A stretch of DNA of 64,000 nt from Octopus sinensis (lineage: Eukaryota): positions 9,114,001-9,178,000 of the forward strand of contig NC_043015.1 in assembly GCF_006345805.1 (NCBI RefSeq), given 5' to 3'. The notes below the pieces were generated by a model, which saw only the letters and a list, made by a program, of their open reading frames with translations, ran no database searches and was not told the DNA's origin. Shown here one piece after another: positions 1-10,772 of this stretch. Every line of letters begins with the position of its first letter. Position 1 is the first letter of the stretch. The translations under genes and the position numbers were made by a program.

Positions 1-1611
1 CAAACACGTAGGCGTTGTCATCCAAATGATATAACATTTTGAGTTCGTAATTATGTCTTTGAATCAAATGGTGGCTAAAAGAATGAGGCGTGGCGTGGCG
101 TTAAAATAAATGAATTGGAAATAAAAGTAATAATAATGTCAACGTATAATTTGTTGTCAGTATGTCAGTATTTTGTTTCTGCTTTAACTGCTATAAAATG
201 ATTTCTAGTTGTATCATACTGTTATCTTATTGAACAGTCATACGTCGTCTTCGACAGGAGAATGCAAATGATATATACGTGAGAACGTGTAAGTGTGTGT
301 GATTAAATGTATGCATTGAAGTTGTTTATGTATTTTTATTTAATGTACGCCACGTACGACTTTGCAGATTTCATGGAAATCAAGCAACCAGTGAATTTCC
401 ATTAACATAGAAATTACGAAAATGTTCAACTGCTCTAAAACTTAATTTGGCTTGACAGGCAATTTATTAAATAGGCATTCTCATATCAAAATAAATCCGC
501 TGATATACAAAACTTTCTTAATGGATATTTAATTGACAGAACAATGTTTTATTTTAATTTGTATATAAAATGTTACCAGCGAACAATACTGTGCAAAATT
601 TCTCTGTGAATCACATTCAACGTCATATATTCGATATTTAAAATTTGAGATAAAATTCATCTTCATATTTCATGAATCGAAAGAAATGCATATCAGTAAA
701 ACGTTGCAGTTTGGCAAAAACATTTGGAATGACGTACAAAATGTCAATTTGTTATTGAGTAACTGATAAAATAAATGGTGGATATTAATATATGTCCATT
801 TATTTCACACTAACTATTGTTATACAAACTCAAATGGTTTGTCATTGTTCATGTGGACTGGTCTTCCGAATATTCCAAGCGTAGATGTTAGTTAACAATG
901 TTTAAGATTTGAATATTAAAACTACACACATGTCAAGAAGAATGAAAGAGAACTGCAATACAATACTGAAATATAACTAGTTTTTAATTCCAAGACGATA
1001 TATATATTCCAAGATGATACTGTGAATAGGATTGCATTAAGGAAATTTACTCAATATTGTTTACCAAAAACTATCTTGATTATACAAAGTACACAAAGTA
1101 ATTTATGGTTTGATGACGTATATATGCAATGATTATTGATAGAATGCAAAATGGCAAATTTTGTTTTACGATATTTTGTTTTACAGATATGAATGTCGAT
1201 TGCTTTGGAAATGACTGCAATACGCAATGCCGGACGTTTCTAAGTGAAACACAGAAAAGAGAAAATTTTCCAATGAATTATTTACTAGAAACTAGTTCAA
1301 GTGATAAGCCTTTAAAAAAAACTCAACTCCAATTTCTTCGAACAGAATCTTATCCGCCAAGGATGGGATTTGTGAAATATATATTATTGAAACTACAAGA
1401 TTATATGAAACCGTAACATAAAACATATGCTTCATAAAAACGAATACTTCATTGTGCAAAATTGTCGGAAAGTCTGATAGACGTATCCACCACGAAAGGA
1501 TCAAAGATAAAGTTGATCTGCGTGTAATTTAAACAGAAAACGCAAAGGTAGGCAAGATACCATTAGACATTTTCCCTTCAATCTCTTATATATATATATA
1601 TATATACATAT

Positions 1612-1749
1612 ATACGTCGGACGTCTTTCAATTTCCGTCTACCAAATCCACTTACAAGGCGTTGGTCGGCCCGAGGCTATAGTAGAAGACACTGAGCCCG
1701 GAACCATGTAGTTATTAAGCAAGCTACTTACCACACACCCACTCGTGCG

Positions 1750-1752
<3 letters not shown>
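1612..1752 (-). mobile_element. SINE family A (tRNA-derived), head fragment with internal deletion
   Basis: Matches the head of the copies at 32964 and 60321 (ccgtctaccaaatccac...ggtcggcccgaggctatagtagaagacact...ttaccacac...gcgcct). Confidence 0.85.
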
Positions 1753-1787
<35 letters not shown>

Positions 1788-1930
1788 AGATAATGGTGTG
1801 ATTGAGACCCGAAGGTGTCAGGTATTGCTGAATAAGTGGTATAGAGAGACCATTATTAAGTTCTAGATTCGATAATAATGCGAATAAAAGGTTCAGGTTT
1901 GGTTCTATGTCAGCGTGTGTATATAAGATC

Positions 1931-2056
1931 TGTTTGCGTAATGAGAGAAAAAGACAAGGCTGTACAGATATTATAGTATTTATAGCTAGAATTCTTCCAT
2001 CTAAACTGCTCTGATACCTATACAGCGTTGGATTTTTTTACCTCATTACGCAAACA
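1931..2056. repeat. 15-bp inverted repeat cassette
   Basis: tgtttgcgtaatgag (1931-1945) and its exact reverse complement ctcattacgcaaaca (2042-2056); the surrounding repeat lies between two (TA)n tracts. Confidence 0.7.
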
Positions 2057-2058
2057 AT

Positions 2059-2136
<78 letters not shown>

Positions 2137-2177
2137 TATATATAATATATATATATATATGTGGATATATGTATATA

Positions 2178-2480
2178 CTAGCTGGTGTATCCGGTGAATC
2201 CCAGGGGTAAAGATTTTATATTGAAGCGCCTTATAACTGCCACAAAATGTTTATTTTCCGCCGCGAAAATGTGCGAAACGGAAAACTGGCAGCTGGAAAA
2301 GGGAGAGATTGTTGGGGATTGGCGAGATAAGTTTTCGGAGGTTGGAAAGAAAGATTATTGAGATGGGTGAAAGATGTTCTCGGAGGTTGGCGAGAGAGAT
2401 TGTCGGAAGTTTCGTGAGAAAAGCGCTGCTGAAGTAAAATTTAGCAATCGAGGACCGAATACCCTCCATGCCTGCATGAA
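2178..2480 (-). mobile_element. Putative Helitron-like 3' end
   Basis: Minus strand ends ...cccctgggattcaccggatacaccagCTAG|T: an imperfect GC hairpin about 11 nt before a CTAG terminus followed by T. Confidence 0.45.
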
Positions 2481-2611
2481 ATCACTACAATTACGTTATG
2501 GAATAAAAAGATTATCTTCTTTCATGGAAAAAGTATAACTGCAAAATAACAGACGTATGTATAGAAATGTATGAATGAAATCTTTAAGGGTCAAATCAAG
2601 GAAGTGCATTG

Positions 2612-3462
2612 GAATGCAGGATTGAATCGGCTGATCGTGAGAATCAAATATTGATCTCTTCGCTAAAAACTAAAGGGGGTATGGGTTATTTCCGTTGGGT
2701 TGTTTAAATCAGATATTAGTAATATGTATTAGATAAAAGGATGCAGTTAAGGGGCTTTATCATCGTTTATTTTCAACAATCTAAGTATGTCACGAGGTTT
2801 TCAGACATGAGATCTATTCACCTGTCAAATAAAGTATGAAAGTGATATCGTCCTCAAAAATTAGAAATTGGACACAAAAAAAACAAGCGATATTCAAAGT
2901 AATCGAACATAAACAGTGAAACCTGTAAAATATTTGTAAATTGGATGGTTCTGTTAGCTTCATGAAAATGTTGTATGAACTATGTTATGATTTGTAAAAT
3001 AAGTATAAGTGATACAGGGTGCCCCAACTGAATGTGGCGTGGAAGTTTGTTTTCATTTTTTAAGAATTTTAAGCATTCAAATTATGAGTTCATTGTATTG
3101 TAACACATTTATTAAATACGTTCTAGGAAACAAATATGTAATGTTATCGATGAATTCAGAATTATCTGAGTTATGGGCATTGAAAGTGTACAATCATCAA
3201 GATTGTGCAATAATAAGGTTTAGCATTTGAATACTCTGAAAAATGAAATGCAGAATTAGGTCCGCTGATCGTGAGAATCAAATATTGATCGCTTCACTAA
3301 AATCTAACAACTGTAAGTGCGAGTGCTATGGGTTATTTTCCTTGAGTGTTTAAAAAATAATAGTTAGATGAAGTAGATATAAAGATCCCTTCCAGGGTTC
3401 GTTTTATCGATTTTTTCAACCATCTAAGTATGTCACAAAGTTTCCAGACATGAGTTCTACTC
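2612..3462 (+). repeat. Two diverged direct repeats of about 210 bp (2612-2820 and 3245-3462)
   Basis: Shared blocks gctgatcgtgagaatcaaatattgatc, tatgggttattt, tctaagtatgtcac and cagacatgag, offset by about 634-640 bp. Confidence 0.8.
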
Positions 3463-3571
3463 AGATTTCAAGTTTCATCAAAATCAATAAAACGATGTAG
3501 GAGTTAGCTAACAATTCTAGAACAAACATACACCGATTTTCACATATGTAGTAGATATATAAATACATGTA

Positions 3572-3589
3572 CACACATACAATCACACA

Positions 3590-3628
<39 letters not shown>

Positions 3629-3698
3629 ACACACATCCATACTCTCTGAACCGCACACACACACACACATCCATACTCTCTGAACCGCACACACACAC

Positions 3699-3738
<40 letters not shown>
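3572..3738. repeat. (CA)n/(TA)n compound microsatellite with a duplicated cacatccatactctctgaaccgcac unit
   Basis: Read directly from the sequence. Confidence 0.9.
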
Positions 3739-3739
<1 letters not shown>

Positions 3740-3871
3740 TGAATTGAGTGTAGAAATTCGGGGTGAGTACTTGATAATTATAAGCACCTGTGTATACCGT
3801 TTGGTGGTGTAGGTGGTGGAGTAAATTGATCAAAATAAAAATAAAAATAAAAACATGAGGCGAAGGATTCA

Positions 3872-3949
3872 GCGGTACATATTGTTTCGGGCCTTTATTA
3901 GACAGATTCATAACAAATCATAATGTATGTCTGTGCCTTCTTCAGCCGC
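3872..3949 (-). ncRNA. Type I hammerhead ribozyme-like motif, left arm copy
   Basis: Minus strand: GCGG-CUGAAGA-A-GGC...long stem II...GGCC-C-GAAA-CAAUAUG-UA-CCGC. Confidence 0.55.
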
Positions 3950-6463
3950 GCACAACAGCTTCCACAGGACATGTGTTACTTCCGAAATTCTTGGTTGGGG
4001 ATGCAAATCTTCTCGTTCCCGTACGACATAATGCGGCCAGCAGCATCGAATTGAATCGTCCATCTCTTTCTTCTCTCAATGTAGAATGAGGAAACTTGGA
4101 TGTTGAGGTAATGTAAATAATAAATACGTATATAGAGGTGAAGATGGAGGGGCGAGAGTTCGGGACGAGGGATAAAAAATATAAAATAATATAAAATAAT
4201 ATAAAAATGTAGAGGATAAAGATATAAAGAGTTGTAAGGAGATGTAAAGGGGGTATAAAGAAATATAAAGAAATATAAATAAATGAAAAGGCATAATGTT
4301 GTAAAGTAAAAATAGAAATGGAAATAATAGGAAAAGAAGTAAAAGAACCTGATAAAAACATGATAAAAGTGTAAAAGAATGTAAAGATAAGGGATGTATA
4401 GAGGTCGCGGACCCAGCATGGTGGTCAGGAGATTGATAAAACTTAGTTGTAGAACTGTCAGTAAATTAACGGTTTCGTCGTAAATCAGAGCTGATGAGAG
4501 TTTAATCTGGTTCCTTGAATTAAATGGACTTCCAGTACATACATATCATCATGGGTACTACACCCACATACACGCGTACATATACGTCTCCAAGTCTATA
4601 AGCAAACACACGCACTCGCGTGTAAACACGTACATAAACACGCACGCACCCACACGCACGCGCGCACACACACATACATACAACAGAATATCCGCATATA
4701 TAGACGGACATTACGCGCGTACACGCTCACATGTATATACGCGCGCCCCTCACTACATACGTACACGTATATGCCCACGTCTCTAGGTCTAGGTATAAGA
4801 TATTAAAGGATGTGTATAAGAACGTATGTAAAGAATCCCGTACTCATGTTAATACGCGCACGCACACACGGCTGTGTGTCCGTATGTGCGTGCACATATA
4901 TATATTCACATACACACACAGAGACACACGCGCCCATGGGTATAGTCATAAGATATCGAAGTATGCATGTACATATACGCGCGCGCATATGTATGTATGC
5001 GCATACACACGTACGCGGACGCTCGGATACTCAAAAGGCGGATCCATAGGTAAGTAAATAAACATGTATAGGTGTAAAGCGATAAATTAGGGGTAAGAAT
5101 GAGGGTAAGGGTAAAGATTAGAAATAAAAAATACAGTATAAAATAAGAAATACAATGTAATAGTTAGAAATGAAATATAAGAATTATAAGGGTTATAAGA
5201 GTTAAGGTAAGGTATGAAAATGAAAATGAGAGTAAATGGCAGTAGAATAAACGTAAAAATAAAAGTAAAAATAAAATTAAAAATAAAAATAAAAATAAAT
5301 GGAAGTAGGATAAAAGTAAAAATAAAAATGAAAATAAAAATAAAAATAAAAATAAAAATAAAAATAAAATAAAATAAAATAAAATATAAAAATAAAAAAA
5401 TAAAAAAATAAGGTAAAAATATAATTTTGTAAAGTTTAACATGAGATGGAGGTGGCCCACATATATATATATATGTGTATATGTACACACACATACACGT
5501 ATGTGCACATACACACGCACACACACACACACACACACATACACACGCACATATAGGAAAACGGGATGTGCTGGAGCCGACAGGTTGCACCGGGTGGGAG
5601 GAAAAAGCATGGGGGAGTTGGTATAAGACCTAAGCATTGTAGTATTTGAAAGTATTAATAAGTTTATGTATACAGGATGGTTTGAACTCTGACCTTTTGT
5701 TAATAAGATTGTGTTTGTCTTTGAATTGCGTGTGTTTGCTTATAGACTTGGAGACGTATGTTTATGTACGTGTTTATGTACGTGTTTACACGCGAGTGCG
5801 TGTGTTTGCTTATAGACTTGGAGACGTATATGTACGCGTGTATGTGGGTGTATGTACCCATGATGATATGTATGTACTGGAAGTCCATTTAATTCAAGGA
5901 ACCAGATTAAACTCTCATCAGCTCTGATTTACGACGAAACCGTTAATTTACTGACAGTTCTACAACTAAGTTTTATCAATCTCCTGACCACCATGCTGGG
6001 TCCGCGACCTCTATACATCCCTTATCTTTACATTCTTTTACACTTTTATCATGTTTTTATCAGGTTCTTTTACTTCTTTTCCTATTATTTCCATTTCTAT
6101 TTTTACTTTACAACATTATGCCTTTTCATTTATTTATATTTCTTTATATTTCTTTATACCCCCTTTACATCTCCTTACAACTCTTTATATCTTTATCCTC
6201 TACATTTTTATATTATTTTATATTATTTTATATTTTTTATCCCTCGTCCCGAACTCTCGCCCCTCCATCTTCACCTCTATATACGTATTTATTTATTTAC
6301 ATTACCTCAACATCCAAGTTTCCTCATTCTACATTGAGAGAAGAAAGAGATGGACGATTCAATTCGATGCTGCTGCCGCATTATGTCGTACGGGAACGAG
6401 AAGATTTGCATCCCCAACCAAGAATTTCGGAAGTAACACATGTCCTTGTGGAAGCTGTTGTGC

Positions 6464-6541
6464 GCGGCTGAAGAAGGCCACAGACATACATTATGATTTG
6501 TTATGAATCTGTCTAATAAAGGCCCGAAACATATGTACCGC
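6464..6541 (+). ncRNA. Type I hammerhead ribozyme-like motif, right arm copy
   Basis: Stem I GCGG/CCGC; core CUGAAGA (6468-6474); extended stem II GGCC/GGCC then ACAGA/UCUGU; GAAA (6526-6529); palindromic stem III ACAUAUGU; GUA triplet with predicted cleavage after 6537. Confidence 0.6.
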
Positions 6542-6589
6542 TGAATCCTTCGCCTCATGTTTTTATTTTTATTTTTATTTTGATCAATT

Positions 6590-6975
6590 TATATATATAT
6601 ATATATATATATTCATATATATATATATAGTGTATGATTGTATGTGTGTGCATGTATTTATATATCAACTTCATATGTGAAAAATCGGCGTATGTTTGTT
6701 TCTGGCATTATATATATATAAGCATATATGGTAAAATGTTTGAAAAGAATCGACAAGGAAATGGGAACAAAGAATTATGCTACAACAGAGACAGAGAGAC
6801 AGACAGAGAAACGAAGAGAAGGTAGAGCGTAGATTTTGCAGGACTATATCTATCTATCTGTCTATTTATCTCTCTCTCTCTCTATCTATCTATCTCTCCC
6901 TCTCTCTATATATATATACATATATATATGTAAGTGTATATATGTAAGTTTATACATGTAAGTATTATATATATG

Positions 6976-7061
<86 letters not shown>

Positions 7062-7075
7062 ATACATATACATAC
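6590..7075. repeat. (TA)n, (CTAT)n and (CT)n microsatellite cluster
   Basis: Read directly from the sequence. Confidence 0.85.
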
Positions 7076-7085
7076 TTATGTAAAA

Positions 7086-7245
7086 GAGCGGCTGTGTTCT
7101 TAAAAGCATGCTCGCCAATCACATTTTTCCGGGTTCAGTGACAGTACGTGACACTTTGGGCAAATGTTTTCTACTATAGCATCATGGCGACGAAATAATT
7201 CTGAATGGTTTCAGTAGATGGAAATTGAAAGAATCCCACCGTATT

Positions 7246-7284
<39 letters not shown>

Positions 7285-7488
7285 ATCTGCGTGTCCGCGT
7301 TCTTTCTCTACCATCGTTTGACACCTATGTTGGTGTGTTCACTGTTCCGTAAACTAGCACTACTTCAAAAGATATCGATAGAATAAGTACTAGGCTTACA
7401 AAGAAAAAAGGTCCTGGTGTCGATGTCTTCCGCTAGAAGTGGTGCCTTAGCATGGCTGCAATCAAATACCTGAAACAATAAAAAAAAT
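7086..7488 (+). mobile_element. SINE family A, diverged near full-length copy
   Basis: Head (ggctgtg...ccgggttcagtg...gggcaaatg), internal (TA)n/(TG)n, and 3' part gatagaataagtactaggcttacaaag...gcatggctgca...ctgaaacaa. Confidence 0.85.
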
Positions 7489-7775
7489 ATAAATGAAAAT
7501 ACATTTATCATTGCTATTATGCAAAAATGTATTTTCACAAGACAAAATATAGTTTTACCATTTCTTTTTCTTCTTTCATAAGTAACAGTTTCAGGTGAAC
7601 AATAAAAATATGTTGCGTGCATGAAATCGTGATTCCATGCATGTATATTTTCAGTCAGAAAAGTTTTGCAAAACTATCGTGTGTGGGCTTAATGCACTTT
7701 TGAAATAGGCTAAGCCGTTGTACTACTCTTTGACGACTTTATTCATTTGAAGCAGCTGGAGAAACGATAGTTTGA

Positions 7776-7814
<39 letters not shown>

Positions 7815-7816
7815 AA

Positions 7817-7863
<47 letters not shown>

Positions 7864-8449
7864 TTCACAGTAAGTAAGTAAGTTTGCTATGTATGCGAAT
7901 GAAAATCCAAATTGATAGAATGAAACAGCTAAAGTACATGATATATATGTTTCTTAGCAGAAACTGGGAAGTAATAATTTTAGGCTAAATCTCTTGCGAA
8001 GGAAATTCGGAACCCATGACGACAATGTGACTGCCATTTTGCTAAGGAGACTTTGTTCAGATGAGTAGCTAGTGGATTGCCCCTTGTTGAGTAATTATTA
8101 CTTCAACGGTTCCACAACCTACGAATCATATGTACAGAAGTTTTTTTACCTTCACCTTTCCCTCAACTATGCATTTTTTTGGCGTACATAGCAAACCCAG
8201 TTACTAACTATAAACTATAATATAGCTTTTTCAGCTCACCGAATTTCTGACATTTTGTGTTTTCCCTGGTATTTGGGCTACGTAGGAATCAGCCATTTTT
8301 GCTATCATTCATCGAGTACCTATGACGAGAGCTGTTGCTATAGTGTTGAGGTTCCACATTTTGCTACTTTTCATTTATACTTGCTCAGTTTCTTGTAGGT
8401 CTTGACAAATACATTTATGTCGATGAGGACAGTCATATCCATGAGGAGA

Positions 8450-8450
<1 letters not shown>

Positions 8451-8502
<52 letters not shown>

Positions 8503-8566
8503 TATTATTATTATTGTTATTATTATCATCATCATCATCATCATCATCATCATAATCATAATCATA
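8451..8566. repeat. (TTA)n followed by (TCA)n microsatellite
   Basis: Read directly; the source of the poly-I/N/D ORF at 8375-8614. Confidence 0.95.
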
Positions 8567-9561
8567 TAACATACATATATGTACGTATGAATAGATATAT
8601 ATCCTTGTGCGCATGGGTACGAATATCTATCTATCTATATATATATATATATATATATATGGCAAATAAGGAAATGGAGAGGATAAACAATCGACAACCA
8701 TCAGCGTATAAACATTCAGTTATATCTATTTATTAATTAACTCAGTCATTTGTTTAAGTGATCCAAACAAACGAACGAATCAAGCAAATAAATAAATATC
8801 TAAGTAAAAATATACGACTTATAGATGTGTGTACATATACTAAAATTTTACAGCTGTTTCAACCATGGGATTACTAATTCTTCCATTTTTTCAACATCAC
8901 GCCTGTGATATACAGGGATGAACAAACCTTGGACGGATGTAGGACAATATTTGGAAAGCTCCATTAGAGTGTCCAGATGTTAGGAATCTAACATGTGGTG
9001 AAGTAAATTAAAATGATATAATAAAATAAAATGAAAATAAAAATGACATAACAGAAATAGTAAGGAATGGTAAACAAGGCATTTCAAGGTATTATCATAA
9101 CGCATGTTATTCCATCTTATGGTAAAGAAAGTCACTTTCATGGAAAATTTCTGCAGGGTGTGAGAGTTACATCGTGTTTCAATTATTCTGGGGAAACCTC
9201 AATAACCCTTAGAGCCTGGGGAAAATTTTTCTTGGAAATTACTTACTTTACCATAATATATAATACCATGGATTATGATAGCACCTTGAAATGACGTTCT
9301 TACCACCCCTTTCTATTTATCTTTTATTATTTCTATTTATATTATATGTTACTTTATTTTCTAACATACTTCCTTACATATTAGTTTCCAAACATTTGGA
9401 CTTTTATTGTAGCCTTGGGGCTGAACCATTGTACAACCCTGTCCAATGTTTGTTCATTGCTGTATATCACTGGCGTGATGTGGAAAGCGTGGAACACTTG
9501 GCAACCCCATGGTAGTTACAGCAGTGAGAGTTTAGTATTTTAGACTCATCTATTATTATTC

Positions 9562-9612
<51 letters not shown>

Positions 9613-9613
9613 C

Positions 9614-10338
9614 TAGAAATATTAAAATTACTATGTCTCTCTAAAAGAGAACAGCGGCAGCGTTCCCGGAAAATAATAGTTATCGCCATACTAATATGGC
9701 ATTCTTATAAAAATAAGAATAAAGCTGTCCGCTTATTAGCTCCATGAGGCCATCGCCTTAAGTTAGCTATTTGATACACAACTGTATCCATATAACCTTC
9801 GAAAAAGGGAGGTCAGTCGCTCCACACTACTTGACCGGCAGCTACAGACGCGTTTCGGGGCATTGCCCCTTTTCAATGCAGCGTCGCCAGACCAGTAGGT
9901 GTCGCTTCTGACAATCACTGTTCGAAGGTTTTATTTACCTAGTTTCGGTGGAATACATCCACTTGTTTTCAATAATAGAAATATTAAAATTACTAAGTCT
10001 CTCTAAAAGAGAACAGCGGCAGCGTTCCCGGAAAATAATAGTTATCGCCATACTAATATATGGATACAGTTGTGTATCAAATAGCTAACTTAAGGCGATG
10101 GCCTTATGGAGCTAATAAGCGGACAGCTTTATTCTTATTTTTATAAGAATGCCATATTAGTATGTCGATAACTATTATTTTCCGGGAACGCTGCCGCTGT
10201 TCTCTTTTAGAGAGACTTAGTAATTTTAATATTTCTATTATTGAAAACAAGTGGATGTATTCCACTGAAACTAGGTAAATAAAACCTTCGAACAGTGATT
10301 ATTTTTATAAGAATGCCATATTAGTATGGCGATAACTA
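9614..10338 (-). mobile_element. Non-autonomous Penelope-like/retrozyme-type element: 362-bp unit plus 83-bp direct repeat plus inverted copy
   Basis: 9614-9696 recurs at 9976-10058 with 1 mismatch. 10057-10300 is the reverse complement of unit sequence, and 10301-10338 is a further inverted fragment. Contains a hammerhead motif; no ORF. Confidence 0.8.
9841..9882 (-). ncRNA. Minimal type I hammerhead ribozyme with U3:A8 core variant
   Basis: Minus strand GCUGCA-UUGAAAA-GGGGC-AAU-GCCCC-GAAA-CGCG-UC-UGUAGC: 6-bp stem I, 5-bp stem II, GAAA, palindromic ACGCGU stem III and GUC triplet. Predicted cleavage between 9847 and 9846. Confidence 0.8.
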
Positions 10339-10347
10339 TATATATAC

Positions 10348-10772
10348 ACTTTTACTCTTTTACTCTTTTACTCTTTTACTTGTTTCAGTCATTCTATTGC
10401 GGCCATCCTGGAGCACCGTCTTTAGTCGAGCAAATCGCTCCCGGGACTTATTCTTTGTAAGCCCACTACTTATTCTACCAGTCTCTTTTGCCGAACCACT
10501 AAGTGACGGGAACGTAAACACACCAGCATTGGTTGTCAAACCATGCTAGAGGGACATACACAGGCACACAAACATATACACACACATACATATATACATA
10601 TATATATATACATATATACGACAGGCTTCTTTCAGTTTCCGTCTACCAAATCCACTCACAAGGCTTTGGTCGGCCCGAGGCTATAGCAGAAGACACTTGC
10701 TCAAGATTCCACGCAGTGGGACTGAACCCGGAACCATGTGGTTGGTTAGCAAGCTACTTACCACACAGCCAC
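10348..10772 (-). mobile_element. SINE family A, near full-length
   Basis: (TTTTACTC)n tail, conserved body, internal (CA)/(TA) tract, and head ending ccacacagccac. Confidence 0.95.

Larger units (their letters stand above)
3824..6591. mobile_element. Large inverted repeat: ~820-bp arms (3824-4642 and 5769-6591) around a ~1.1-kb spacer; Penelope-like pLTR foldback
   Basis: The arms are reverse complements. I saw about six single-base indels and no substitutions; the ORF-track translations at 3976-4419(-) and 5993-6337(+) are identical over 100 aa. Each arm carries a hammerhead-like motif at its outer end. Confidence 0.85.

Noticed and set aside
4470-4510. CTGATGAGAG motif (mirror copy at about 5910-5945) as a second hammerhead
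   Set aside because: No GAAA follows the putative stem II, and the nearby CGAAAC is on the opposite strand.
3942-6506. 114-151 aa hydrophobic F/Y/I/L-rich ORFs resembling membrane proteins
   Set aside because: They arise from T-rich low-complexity DNA in the palindrome arms, are open in all three frames, and have no recognisable domain.
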